A stretch of DNA of 64,000 bases from Octopus sinensis (GCF_006345805.1 NC_043004.1:24366001-24430000); one strand, 5' to 3'; shown: positions 39,095 to 52,855, counted from the stretch's first letter. Notes: a model not told the origin generated them from the letters alone. Numbers and translations are program-made.

Positions 39095-40946
39095 CGCATT
39101 AATAATATTCATATAACACTGATACATTTGTATTTGGTATTGTGGTTGTATTTTATTACTGCAATTCTGTGTTGAAATAGGAAAAAATATCTTTTGTTTT
39201 GTTTTGTATGATTTTTATTAGTTCTTTAGCTTTATTGTTGTTGCTTGTATTTACCAGATTGCTTTATGATTATCTTCTTCGATTATCGGAGTTGTTTAAA
39301 TTTCAGCATAAATAACTTCAAACAACTTAAGACAGAAAATGATGCAATCCTACTGAGATATGACAAACACCGATACACACACACACACACACACGGACAC
39401 GCATACATATATATCAACAACGAATATTTCTTAAAAAATAAGATACAGTTAAGAAATTTTTGAATAATCCATCAGGGAAATAATCATTTTTCACTCAATA
39501 AAACATTGAAATATATTTCCTCGACATATACAATTAAATATTATTAAAATTTTACCCGTTCAAATAAGATTTGATTGAAAAGACATCTTTAGTAAAATAT
39601 CTATTTCTGTTTGTATTTGTCTAGTCTGACATATCTGTTTGCTGGTAGCAAAATTATGGAAACTTTGAAACGGCACGACATTCGCTTGAATAACAAATCG
39701 AAATATCATAAAATTTCCAGTAATAGTATCAAGTGCAAGTTGAATATAATAATATAATCATACACTACATCTTGTTGTGTGATTACACCAATAATACTAA
39801 CACACGCACTGATTAAATATCGCTTTTTTATTGTTCGTCAATTAGATATTTGGCAAAAGAAAAGTCCATCCCAAAATTTTACAATACAATTAAGTATTGT
39901 TAGTTAGTTAAAATATCTAACCAACTTAACTAATCACTCGTTTGTTTAATTTGCACCGTATACATACACACACACACACGCCAAGCCCACGCGAGCGCAC
40001 ACAAACATGCACACGCACATACGTGCACAGAATTGTATACAGTGGATTTTTTCTGTTTGGCTACCACTTTTCAGTTTCTTCAAGTTTTGCTCCAATTGAT
40101 TTAGTTCCGGCTGATTTTATATTTGGTGTATTGGTTTATTCTTTTTGTAAAGTAATCATTGACATGAAATCATTTTCGCCATAAATCACTAAATAAAGAG
40201 TTAATAGATTTTAAAGTTTGCAAATTTGGGGCAATTTTAGCAAATCGAAAGCCACAAACATATAGGTTCCTGTTTCGATAGAGACAAACCAAGCTGTTAC
40301 CAAGTTGCTGAACACGTGTTCTTTTTGATGCTTATTAAACGCTTAAAACACATGCCGTATGAGATGTGTTAAAAATAACAGCTAAATAGGCCTTAAATCA
40401 CTCACGAATCCTTTTCTCTTTTGTGTTTAGTATAATCGTATGAATTCCCTTGTGTAGAATATAAATTCGCAAAAATTTTCTGAAAACTCCAAACAATAAA
40501 ATTCTGCGTAAAGGAGAATTCCGTCAATGTTTAATTTGTTTACAGTTGACACAAAGCATAAAACATCTTCCAAATCCTGTTCTCTGACCGAGTAAACATG
40601 ATGAAATTTAAAACTCAGTAACTTTTTCTTTTTAATGTTTCTGCAAAAAGTGTAGTATCTACTGGAATATCATCAATACACGAAAATTTAAACTTTTCAC
40701 TAAACTTAATTTCCATAGATGCAGCCATTCTCACACATGAATGCACACGCGCAGGCATACACATAGTAGCTTACCTATACAAAAAAACTGCCACACGTTT
40801 TGTACACGCGGATACGCACGCACACACACACATACTGGAATGCACTCACAAAAGTAAACACAGATTCACGCACACACATACAAACGTACACACAACGTAC
40901 ACGAATACGCATAGTACACACATACTCACGAGCGGAGACACAGCCA

Positions 40947-40980
<34 letters not shown>

Positions 40981-41218
40981 CTTTGTGCTCCCTTTGTCCT
41001 AACCGTCTCCACATTAGGAACTACACCCATAAATATTTATGGGATGACAAGCGAATCCCAGCGGATATGCGGAAAAACTGACCTTGAACAAAAGGCCACA
41101 GAGGTCACAGATGGCTAATGCACACACACACGCCCAAACACACAAACACACATACCAGCAGTCACGCGGATGTACACATTCAACCAAACACGCACAAATT
41201 ATTCCTTTATACTCACAT

Positions 41219-41274
<56 letters not shown>

Positions 41275-41283
41275 CTTTAAGTA

Positions 41284-41470
41284 TTAGAAATAGCTTTAAA
41301 AAAGTTTTTTAGCTGCTATTTCTAATGAGTTCAGTATGCGGCAAAGTAATTTATTTTACTAAGCCCTTTTATATAATGTAATAATTTGAATTCGCCTTGA
41401 ATGGTCCCTTTGCATACTGAACACTTGGTGAAATTGATTAATAATTAATTAATTTTGCCCTCAATTGTTG
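41284..41470 (+). repeat. Repeat family F copy with terminal 11-bp inverted repeat
   Basis: TTAGAAATAGC...GCTATTTCTAA, then GTTCAGTATGCGGCAAAG...CTTGGTGAAATTGATTAATAATTAATTAATTTTGCCCTC. Confidence 0.65.
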
Positions 41471-41474
41471 AAAT

Positions 41475-41542
<68 letters not shown>

Positions 41543-41781
41543 CCCACAAGAGTAAACAAGAGAGACAGAGAAAGGCAGAAACAAGGAAAATGCCACTTAT
41601 ATTTGAACACTATACAAATATTCCTTTAAAAAATTTTTTCTTTTAATTTTTCTAAATTAATTATTTAATTGTTACAGTTAAAAAGGTCTCAATAACTGTA
41701 ACCGGTACTGAAATGTTCTCTATAAAATTATTTTAGCATTTTCTATCCTGACTTGTTTTTTCATATATATATATATATATC

Positions 41782-42524
41782 AATAATAATAAATATTAGG
41801 GAATAAATCCAAACTTACAGGGAAAAATCAGATTTAGGATTGAATCCAATTTTATAGTAAAATATTATATTATATTAAATTAGAGACAAAACCACTATTA
41901 GGCAAATCAAACAATGAAAAACTTAAGCCAATACATAATATTATTTAATCTATATTATTTAAATATATATATAGGCACAGGAGTGGCTGTGTGGTAAGTA
42001 GCTTGTCTACCAACTGCATGGTTCCGGGTTCAGTCCCACTGCGTGGCATCTTGGGTAAGTGTCTTCTACTATAGCCTCGGGCCGACCAAAGCCTTGTGAG
42101 TGGATTTGGTAGACGGAAACTGAAAGAAGCCCGTCGTATATATGTATATATATATATATATATATATGCGTGTGTGTGTTTGTGTGTCTGTGTCTGTCCC
42201 CTAGCATTGCTTGACAACCGATGCTGGTGTGTTTATGTCCCCGTTACTTAGCGGTTCGGCAAAAGAGACCGATAGAATAAGTACTGGGCTTACAAAAGAA
42301 TAAGTCCCGGGGTCGAGTTGCTCGATTAAAGGCGGTGCTCCAGCATGGCCGCAGTCAAATGACTGAAACAAGTAAAAGAGTAAAGAGTAAAGAGTAAAGA
42401 GTATATAAATTATATTTTTTTAATAATTTTGTTATATATTTAAATAATATAATTAAATAATATTATGTATTGGCTTAAGTTTTTCATTGTTGATTTGCCT
42501 AATAGTGGTTTTGTCTCTAATTTA

Positions 42525-42534
<10 letters not shown>
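41782..42534. repeat. Fold-back repeat family G, copy 1, interrupted at its centre by a SINE
   Basis: Left arm AAATATTAGGGAATAAATCC...AGAGACAAAACCACTATT...CCAATACATAAT; inverted partial arm at about 42435-42534. Confidence 0.85.
41974..42403 (+). mobile_element. SINE family A, full-length young copy
   Basis: GGCACAGGAGTGGCTGTGTGGTAAG...GGTTCAGTCCC...internal (TA)(GT)...GGCGGTGCTCCAGCATGGCCGCAGTC...(AGTAAAG)n tail. Confidence 0.95.
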
Positions 42535-42556
<22 letters not shown>

Positions 42557-43843
42557 AGGCATCTACGTGTATGTTTATGTGCTTGTGCATGTATATATAA
42601 ACAAAGAGAAAGATGGCGGCATGTATGAATTCAACTTGTCTTCGCTGGCCTTTACGGAACATGTAAAAGATCTACGCAAGTGAGAGAAGACAGAAAAGTG
42701 AACTTACCCAATGCATTGTGTATGCTGATGTACATCTGTACATTTGCATTTGTGCTCGAGTGTGAGAGGTATTAAACACATTCATCTTTATTAATGCTAT
42801 TTAAACGTGGAAGCTGTAGTGTGAACTATTATATATAATGAGGCGAGTGTCACAGAGGAAAAGATAAGCTTCTGGTAATGCTACTTCTAACGGGTTTCTT
42901 ATTCATATTTAATACCTGTCCAAGTCAGTTAAAGACATAATTTCGTTTAATAGAATTATAAATTCCATTGTTTTAGCTCATCCTCTCATAACCGGTTGAT
43001 CATATATTAAAACTTGACTTTTATGGCGAAAGGTTAGAAACGTCTACGGCAAGCATTTGAAGGTTGTGTTGGTTAATCAAATAAGTACTGATATGAATTC
43101 TCTTTACTCTCATTCTTTAGCTAGTTGGCATTCTACATTTCTCATGTATCCGTCTATAGATATATATGCCGTCAAATAAATGCCATTAGCTTTATCCCAG
43201 AATATATAAGAACAGTTAAGACTTTGTGAGCAATGTTACAAACGCTAATCTATAGTCTCGTAGCTCGGTGATGCGTAGAGATAATACGAATAAAGTAAAT
43301 GTTACCTCATTATTATTATTTATTTTCTTCCATGACAGAGAACCTACGTCCCAAATTATGTAGATGTCCTGTTTTATGTACATACTACATACAAAATCTA
43401 TCGGCTATGGATCCTAGTTTCGACTCCGCAATGTTCCAGTTTATCACACGGCCAGTTAACTCAAATGAAACAGCATTGACCAACCGTACAGTTCCACATA
43501 ATCCTCAAGATAATTATTGAGTAGCTGCAATGTTCCAGTTTATCACATAACCAGTTTATCACATAATCTTCCCGGAACTTCTACACTATGTTCCAAATAT
43601 TCAGGTCATCACTCTGGTATCGCTTCTTTACTTCCTTCTACCTGCCTTTAAGATCTTCAAAATAGTCACAGACGCTTTCCTTCGTCCTTCTTCTGACCAA
43701 ACCAATAAAATATAATCTATTAAAATCTTCTAAACTTTAATCGCATCTCCAATTTTTACTGTCGCCGAGGCGTATATTTTATGCCTTTCAGAACGTTCCC
43801 ATCAATAAACTTATATATATAAATTGATATTACATTCAGTTAT

Positions 43844-44046
43844 GAGGCAACGAGCTGACAGAATCGATGAAAATGTTTACCGGCATTTCTCCCGCCTTTA
43901 CATTCCGAGTTCAAATTCTGTCAAGATCGACTTTGCTTTTCATCGTTTCATGGTCAATAAGTACCAGTTAAACACAGTGGGTCAATGTAATCGACTTACT
44001 CCATCACTCGAAATTCCTGGTCTTGTGCCTAAATTTAAAACAAATA
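43844..44046 (+). mobile_element. SINE family B, diverged
   Basis: GGCAACGAGCTGACAGAATCG...GAGTTCAAATTC...GACTTTGCTTTTCATC...AAGTACCAGTT. Confidence 0.8.
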
Positions 44047-44379
44047 TACACACAGAACCACACTTAGGAGTGAAATTTAGGATTTCTCAGGTTTCTGGGA
44101 ATCGTATTTTATCCCACTTTTCCTAGCTTGTTTGCACACTATGGCAATACCACTGTTATGTTTTCATTATTCTGTATAATATCCTTTCTTTTTATTTCAG
44201 ATTCTTCAGTTTTTGGGAGAACCACGCTAAGAGCTTTGGAATGAAAATAGCCCATCTATACATTTTTTTTTCTTAGAAAATGAAGGATAACGATACATAT
44301 TAAGCATAATTTGAGTATATACTTAACAGAAGACCATATTATAACATTTATTGATATAATGAATTATTTAGCCACATGA

Positions 44380-45015
44380 GTGCCAAGGAGAGAACGATCC
44401 GATTGTGGGACTCTCCGACTATGACAGCTATGGATTTAAGGAATATTGGCCGCAAGTTACGTAGGAATCTTAGACAAACAAGTAAAGCCATTTTCACTAC
44501 CTCCGGGCTTCTTCATGTACTGAAACCTACCATAAATCGCATCCACGGGACTATGGCTTCCGTGCAAGAACCCCTGAAACTGCCGCCTCACAGGACTTTG
44601 AGGCTTTAATGGGCCGAAAAAGTGCATGACGTTAGACTTGAGTTGTGTTCTATTCACTTGACACTTGACGAACCTGACGGTTAAGCAAATGGTTAGGTCT
44701 ATTTTGGAGATGGGAGTCGCCAATTTTTACTACGTTAACAACAAGGAGGATGAGTCATGCTGTGGGCTGGTATCATTAGGGACAGACTTGTTGACCCACT
44801 CACGGTGCCTGATGAGGTTAAAGTCACCGCAGTCGCCTATTGCTATCTCCTGAAGCAAGTCTTGGATCCGTGACTAGATAACATACTGCTGTCACTTTTA
44901 AGAACTCTCGTATTGAAGCATGACAAAGATTCTTCCCACTCTGCTAGGATGATCCAAACATTCTTAGGGTCTCACTGCATTCACGGTGAATGGCTGAAAG
45001 TGTGGCTGCAAGCAA
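44380..45015 (+). mobile_element. Tc1-like transposase pseudogene, cut off by a LINE
   Basis: TSKAIF...LR*QQGG*VMLWAGII...VPDEVKV...KHDKDSSHSAR...KVW, collinear with Tc1 DDE transposase. Confidence 0.75.
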
Positions 45016-46520
45016 ACATACATTCCAGAGCTTCCTTGCAAATGGGAAACCTCCAAGCAAGCTGGAGGAGGGTAAACTATTCCCTATTTATAAAGGAGGT
45101 AGCAGAGCAGAAGCCAAAAATTACAGACCTATCTCTCTGACATCGAACACCACTAAAGTCGTGGAACGAATAGTCAGAAAAAAATTAATCACCTTCCTTG
45201 AGGAAAATGACTTGCTCACTGACAACCAAGATTGTTTCCGACCAGGAAGAAGCTGCTTGAATCGGCTCTTACAACACTATGACTGAGTGTTAAAACAGCT
45301 GCTCAACCATTCAAATGTGGATGTGATATATCTCGACTTTGCAAAGGCCTGCGATAAAGTCGATCAAGGAATGATATGTCACAAACTGCTTAATCTCGGC
45401 ATATTCGAGAAATTGGGAGAATGGCTGCATGACTTTCTGAAGGATAGAAAGGGTAGTGAGTGATGTTCCGCAAGGCACTGTTTTGGAACCACTGCTGTTC
45501 GTAATGACTCTCTGAGACATGCCCTCAACCACACACAGTGCACGATCACAAGATATGCATATCATACAAAAGTTTCACAAGTGGTACAGAACCCTGGAGA
45601 CGCCATGCACCTACAGCATGAGTTGGATTACATACACAAGTGAGCTGAGAACACCAGCATGCATTTTAATGCTGAAAAGCTTCAATCCTTATTCAATCAG
45701 CATGCAAAACTAAATACAATACCAATTCAATACACTGGACCTGGAGAGATTGCAGTTCCCGAGACACAGTCAGTTCGATATCTGTGCAACTTCACCAGTA
45801 ATGATGCATCCTTCCATGTGCATGTTGTTAATTTGACAATGAAATGCAGGCGGCTGACTGGATGGATTCTTAGAACAGTACGAGAGATAAGAAAACCATG
45901 ATGGTCCTCTGGAAGACACTTTTTCCAAGTCGCTTTGACTATTGCTTCCAGCTATGGTAACCAACAAGTGTAAAATTACTTGCAGAACTTGAGGCAATCC
46001 AAAGACGCTGCAAAAAAAGGATAGGCTGTATGCAGCATATAAGCAACTGGAAAAGACTCAAGAGATTGAAACTCTATTCCTTAGAGCGTAGACGAGGAAG
46101 ATATGACATAATATACATCTGGAAGATCCTAGAGGGACTAGTCCCAAACTTTGGCATCGAGATTTACACTAAAGCTAGAAAAGAGCGCCACTGCATAGTG
46201 CCAAAAACTCCTAATGTGCAACCAAGTTATAAGACAAGGTATTGCAACAGCCTGGGCTTTAATGGACCACAGCTCTTCAATATCCTTACGAGGCAACTAA
46301 AAGACCTGCATGGGGTGGATGTAGGTGCTTTCAAAACCAAAGTAGACCTCTTACCATCCAGTGTCCCGGATGAACTAACTTCACAGCAGGAAGTACAAAT
46401 GAGATCAGGGGCATCAAATTCTCTCATGCACCAAAAATCAATTTCTAAAACGTTTTAGTAAAGTAAAATTATGTAGCAACACCAAATGGCGGTGCCCCAG
46501 CATGGCCACAGCTCCTAAGC
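45016..46520 (+). mobile_element. CR1-group LINE, RT domain to 3' end (pseudogene)
   Basis: PIYKGG...NYRPISLTS; VIYLDFAKACDKVD; VPQGTVLEPLLF; decayed YADD (RYAYHTK); LYSLERRR.RY.IIYIWKILEGLVPN; 3' tail GGCGGTGCCCCAGCATGGCCACAG. Confidence 0.9.
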
Positions 46521-47160
46521 TACACATACATACATATATACATATACACATTCATATATACACTTATATATAAATATATATATACACATATATACACTTA
46601 TATATACATATATATATACACACATATATATATATATATTAGGGATGGTATTATTAAAATACCATCACAAGTGGTAAGCAAATTATAAGCCGTACAGGCA
46701 AATTAATAAAACATATACATACAATATTAGATATGTACATATATACACAAGGGTACTACATGAGTATCTATATCGCTAATGATAGAAGTAAAAAAATACT
46801 TCTGTATATACACATATATGTGCACATACATATTTATGCATATATATATATATATACACATATATACATACATATATATATATACACATATATACATATA
46901 TACATATATACATATACACATATATATATATATATACATATATACATATATATATGTACATATATGTATATATATATGTAGATGTAAATATATATATACA
47001 TATATACATATATATATAAATATGTATATATATATATACAAATATATATATATATACATATATATACATATATATGTGTATGTTGAGAGAGTATAATGTA
47101 CAATATATAGCTTTATATAATCATATATTCATCTCATACCTCCTGACTTTCTTTATATCC

Positions 47161-47203
<43 letters not shown>

Positions 47204-47214
47204 TAAACCACATT

Positions 47215-47310
47215 CTTTCAGGTTCAGATCAAGTAGGCATCATTTTGGGCAAGTGTCTTCTATAAACCTGGGCTGAATTTGGTCTGCGGAAGCAGTGTGT
47301 AAGACCGCAA
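47215..47310 (+). mobile_element. Degenerate SINE family A fragment
   Basis: GGTTCAGATC...TTGGGCAAGTGTCTTCTATA. Confidence 0.45.
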
Positions 47311-48149
47311 TATATGTTTACATATGTGACTCCGTGTATGTATGTTTGTACGTACGCGTGCCTGTGCGTATGTATATGTGTGTTTGTGTGTGTATGTACG
47401 TATTTGCGACTATGGGTATGTGTGCACGTGGTCTATATCGGTAAAAGGTATAAACGTCGGCTACGAGAGCGAAAAATCTTTATGGACAACATTCATTGCG
47501 ATTTTCGTTTGAATACACTTGCAATAAATGAGGTAATGTGAATTATCTCTATAAAATATAAGTAATATAAATTTTTATACACTGTTAGTTGCACGTGAAG
47601 TCCTGATTTGTAATATGTGATCAATATATTCGCTGAATTTCCTAAAAATTGAAAATGTGTCGCTCAGTGTTATAAAATCTGAAAGACATCGTCTATATAA
47701 GGACACGACTCACAGCAACGTATACAAGTTACCTGAAGCTAACTATTAATTGCGGGAGGTAACCTGGGACCTCCATCTATATAAGTGAATAAGTGTCAAC
47801 ATAATGTAGTGATGAAAACAATTTCAATTACTTAAAGTTATCCTTGTAACGAGAAGAAGAATATATAAGCGTAATGACTAATGTTATTTGAATCTCCTTA
47901 AACCAGAAGGACAGTAAATCTGAAATGTTACTTACTTCAAGTCAGAATTATACATTCAGTAAGGTAACATTCCCATTCCACTTCACATTCCGTGTATTAT
48001 AATTGATAAGAATCTCTTGCAATTGTTGATGTTGTTGATGCAGATGCGAATATCGGAGATTAACTCTCAAAAGAGGTCAGTCAAATCAGTAAGTAAGAAT
48101 CTACTTAGCAGTTAGACATGGTACACACAGCAACAAAATCTTTCTCGGA

Positions 48150-49010
48150 CCATGTCCTACCGATGATGGTTGTAATGAAAATATCCGTGCTGAGTTTGAT
48201 GACACAGTTTTTATGTACACAGTCAGGTTTTTACGGGAACTGTTCAGTGCAGTTTTAATGATACAGTACAGTGGTGGTGGTTGTTGAGTGATTTTTATAA
48301 TGACACAGCTGTGGGTTGGTTCTATTGAAACAGTAAAAATATGACTGCAATGACACTGTTCAGTGATGGTTTTATCGACTCGATTCAGTGATGTCTATCA
48401 TGACTCATCGAAGTAGTTGTTGTAATAACTCAGCTCAATGGTGTTTGAAATGATGTAGATCAGTGATGGTTATGAGGACAATACTCAGCGTTGGTTACAA
48501 GAGTTTAGCAGTGTTTCTAATGAGAGAGCGCAGTGTTGATTGCAGTGATGACTCAAATGTAATTGTAATGGTACAGGTTAGTAGTTGTTGTAGTAGCAGC
48601 TCTGTGGTAGTAGAAATATAGCTCAGTTGCTATCATTACAAAGCCAGACGCAGTTATAATGATATACCTTAATCAGTGACTGTAATGGTAATCTCAAATG
48701 TTGATTGAAATGAAATAGCTAAGTGATACTTGTAATGGCAAAGATAAGAGTTTGTTGTAATGGCAAAGATAAGATTTTGTTGCAATATAACAGCTCAGAG
48801 CTAACTATATTGAGTTTGTAGATTATCTTTGTGATTATCCAACTCGGTGGGGTTTTAATATATATTTTAGAAGTGGTAATAATGAAACAGATCAGCAAGA
48901 GTTGTAATGAAACAACAGGATTTTGTAATAAAACTGCTTAGTGCTTGTAAAGTCAGCTCAGCGATGGTTGAAACGACACTTCATGAGTTTCGTTGAAATG
49001 ATACAGCAGA
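48150..49010. repeat. Highly diverged 25-bp minisatellite (about 34 units)
   Basis: Consecutive 25-mers CAGTGATGGTTTTATCGACTCGATT / CAGTGATGTCTATCATGACTCATCG / AAGTAGTTGTTGTAATAACTCAGCT / CAATGGTGTTTGAAATGATGTAGAT / CAGTGATGGTTATGAGGACAATACT (48361-48485). Confidence 0.8.
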
Positions 49011-49292
49011 CATGTTTTAATGGAAGATTAGCACATGCTGATACATTTTTATGAAAGCCATGTGCTTTCATAAAAACTGAAGGGGATGTTAAAAATTAAC
49101 TTGGCTTCCTTCAATTATTGAAACTAATAATCTTATATTTTCGAAGTTTTGTAGTAAGATGTAATGATATATAATGACAGTACAACTTACCAAAATTCTT
49201 CTTCAGTGTGATACCTCATCACATCTTGCAACACATATGTAGCTATGTTGATGTCACTTGACTCTCTGCGTAAGACAAACAGGCATTTCCAT

Positions 49293-49711
49293 TTTATTCT
49301 TTCTTTCTTTCTTTTACTTGTTTCAGTCATTTGACTGCGGCCATGCTGGAGCACCGCCTTTAGTCGAGCAACTCGACCCCGGGACTTATTATTTTGTAAG
49401 CCCAGTACTTATTCTATCGGTCTCTTTTGCCGAACCGCTAAGTAACGGGGACATAAGCACACCAGCATCGGTTGTCAAGCAATGCTAGGGGACAAACACA
49501 GACACACAAATACACACTCACATACATATATATATATATACATATATACGACGGGCTTCTTTCAGTTTCCGTCTACCAAATCCACTCACAAGGCTTTGGT
49601 CGGCCTGAGGCTATAGTAGAAGACACTTACCCAAGGTGCCACGCAGTGGGACTGAACCCGCAACCATGTGGTTGGTAGACAAGCTACTTACCACACAGCC
49701 ACTCCTGCGCC
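49293..49711 (-). mobile_element. SINE family A, full-length young copy
   Basis: Near-identical reverse complement of 41974-42403. Confidence 0.95.
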
Positions 49712-49925
49712 TCCGAAATTTATTTTACGAAATTTTTCAAATAAACGGTCGTAACTCTGTACACTTTTCCTTTCGAATTATTTTCTTAAAATGCGATTTG
49801 TTTTGTGTTTTTTTTATTTTTCAAAGGGGTTAGCTTTATGATTTCATTAAATATTTCACCGATGTTTTTTTTTTAGAATATAGCGAAAACCTGTTTGAAA
49901 GGGTTCCATGCTGAAACAATTCGTT

Positions 49926-50139
49926 TCTTTATCTTTTATCTTTTACTTGTTTCAATCGTTACACTGCAGCCATTCTGGGGCACTGCCTTGGATTGACCCC
50001 AGTCCTTTTCCTTAAAAACCTAGTACATATTTTATCGATCACTTTTACCGAACAGCCACATCACAGAGAAGTAAACACACTACGACCAGTTGTCAAGCGG
50101 TGGTAAAGGATAAACGCAGACACAAAAAGACACGCACAT

Positions 50140-50223
<84 letters not shown>

Positions 50224-50381
50224 GACGGGCTTTCTTAATTTTCCGTCTACCAAATCCACTCTCAAGGCTTGGCTGGCCCGAATATAGTAGAAGATACTTG
50301 CCCAAGGTACCACGCAATGGGACAGGACCCGACACCATGTGATTGGGAAGCAAGCTTCTTACCACACAGCCATGCCGGCGC
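49926..50381 (-). mobile_element. SINE family A, older copy with internal (GATA)n
   Basis: Head, CORE-like part and tail recognisable; the internal microsatellite is (GATA)n at 50140-50222. Confidence 0.85.
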
Positions 50382-50647
50382 ATGTTTCTAAAATATAAAG
50401 GCTAAATATTTATAAATTTGTATGTAGGGATATGTAATACATGTATAACAGATTGTGAAGGATTACTCAATACATTACATGAAGTCAGATTCTGTGATAA
50501 CTCTTTAAAGATGGAGATAGAATATATATATCACAGCAGTGAGGAAATTTTGATTCGTGACTGGAAAGTTAAGAGCTGTGTTGAAAAAGAAAGGTCGTTA
50601 ATGCCATTTTTTAATGAAAATGCATTTAGCTGTTATATTTTTAGAAA

Positions 50648-50755
50648 CATGGTGTGTGGTAAGAAGCTTGCTTCCCAACCACATGGCTCCGAGTTCTGTC
50701 CCACGGCGCGGCACCTTGGGCAAGTATCCCCTACTATATCAGTGAGTTGACTAAT
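50648..50755 (+). mobile_element. SINE family A head fragment
   Basis: GTGTGGTAAGAAGCTTGCTTCCCAACCACATGG...GGCACCTTGGGGCAAGT. Confidence 0.8.
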
Positions 50756-50756
50756 T

Positions 50757-50867
<111 letters not shown>

Positions 50868-50979
50868 GAAATATTAAAATTACTAAGTCTCTCTAAAGGA
50901 GATTACGGCAGCGTTATTAGACTGCCATATTAGTATGGCGATAACTATTAACATATATATATATATATATATATATATA

Positions 50980-51200
50980 CTTCAAAATTACAGAAAACAA
51001 AATACGAAGACAGGTGAGGGAACAAAAAGCAGGTGTGTTAGTTTGACGCTCGTTAAGTATGGAAAACCTTTTGCAGTTTCGATCCTGCGCTCTTCGACAG
51101 AGATGATTATATATATAGATATATATCAAATGAGAGTAACAGGAAATGGAATTCACGAGATTTTTCATTAATCACAACGATCGTTTCGACTCCACTTGCA
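50980..51200 (-). mobile_element. PLE-like terminal fragment with hammerhead-like motif
   Basis: Minus strand CTGTCGAAGAGCGCAGGATCGAAAC (51076-51100); the CTGTCGAAGAGC 12-mer also occurs at 4595-4606. Confidence 0.4.
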
Positions 51201-52092
51201 TCGATCCCTCGCGGGTGAGATGCTATAGAGCATATATATATATATATATATAAGTATGCATGTGTGTTTATTGTGCTTGTCCCCGACACATTACCTGACA
51301 ACCGATCATGGTTTACTTATTTGCCCGTAAACATATATATGTATATTTCTTCGCTTGCCACAATGTCGAACTGCCTCGGCTACAAAAGCTTGCATGACAA
51401 GTTAGACAGTGAAATAATATATTTAAAAGATTTTATTTTCAAATCGAAACACTTGTCAGATTTTCGCACTCATCAATTGTCTGACTAGATTCATTCAAAA
51501 ATCTTTCAAACTGCATTATAACCCTACTGTGACATTATATTACCTGAAAGCAAAACATTAAATTTCTTCACAGTACTCGCTTGAACATTTCGAATACGTC
51601 TTTGATAATAGATTTGGGTTGAAGGAGATAAAGATCTAGGTTATATTGTTATATTATGAATCACAATTTGCTTTCACTGTTATTCTTGCTCGAAGTAGTC
51701 CCGTTTCCCCGTCGTCACCACCATCTCCAGTTTGTCTTTTTTACCACTTCTTTGTTTTCTTTCGCCCCCTCCCCCCGCTGCGTGTGTAACTATGTATCTT
51801 TCGATTGATCTTATACCTCTTCCGATCGATCTTAGCAAACCGTCTATCCTTAATTATATTTATTATACGTATATGTATATATAAATATATATACGTATAT
51901 ATATGCATATATATGCATACATATATATATATATGTCTATACGTATATATCTAAATATACATATATACATATATATATATACATATATACATATACATAT
52001 ATACATATACATATATATGCATATATATACATATATATATATATATATACATGTTATATTATATATATAGCATATGTATATATGTATGTATA

Positions 52093-52167
<75 letters not shown>

Positions 52168-52602
52168 AATCAAAATGTGTTTATTTGTCTCGTAGGCTCT
52201 CAAAGTCTTATCACGAAATACATCAACCACTGTCATTTTAAGTAGATACACATTCACACACATGCATATTTGTATCTATGCATGTGTTTGCGTACGTACA
52301 AGTTGTATAGAATGTAAACTGAGGATAAAAGAATATACATAAAACAGAATGGGAGGTTAGTATAAGTATTAGATAAAATTTGCACGTAGCATCCTACAAA
52401 GACTACATTAAGACTGAAACCAGTAATATCATTTTCCCACTTTCACCACGCAAATAAAATGCTATTAGTCTGACAGGTGCCCTGACCCTAAACTTTTAGA
52501 CCATTTGAGTACCTGACGTAGCATTTCCAGTATGTATAATATGAATTTACTATATTATATATAAATCTCTATACTTTTCTTCACTTAAACAATTTATATA
52601 TA

Positions 52603-52814
52603 GGCGCAGGAGTGGTTGTGTGGTAAGTAGCTTGCTTCCCTACCACATTGTTCCGGGTTCAGTCCCACTGCGTGGCTTGCTGGGTAAGTACATTCTACTA
52701 TAGCCTCTGGCCGACCAAAAGTCTTGTGAGTGGATTTTGTAGACGGAAACTGAAAGAAGCCCCTCGTATATATATATATTTGTGTGTGTGTGTGTCTGTG
52801 TGTGTGTGTTTGTC

Positions 52815-52815
<1 letters not shown>
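52603..52815 (+). mobile_element. SINE family A, 5' half
   Basis: GGCGCAGGAGTGG...GACGGAAACTGAAAGAAGCCC; ends in (CA)n. Confidence 0.9.

Positions 52816-52855
<40 letters not shown>

Noticed and set aside
42610-42620. YY1-like AAGATGGCGGC motif and nearby minus-strand donor at about 42702
   Set aside because: Isolated motif with no CpG island or ORF; insufficient for a promoter call.
44808-44835. CTGATGA GGT...ACC in the Tc1 remnant
   Set aside because: Followed by GCAG rather than GAAA; coding-sequence coincidence.
48150-49010. CRISPR-like periodicity
   Set aside because: Contiguous degenerate 25-mers without constant repeats and unique spacers; eukaryotic context, no cas genes.
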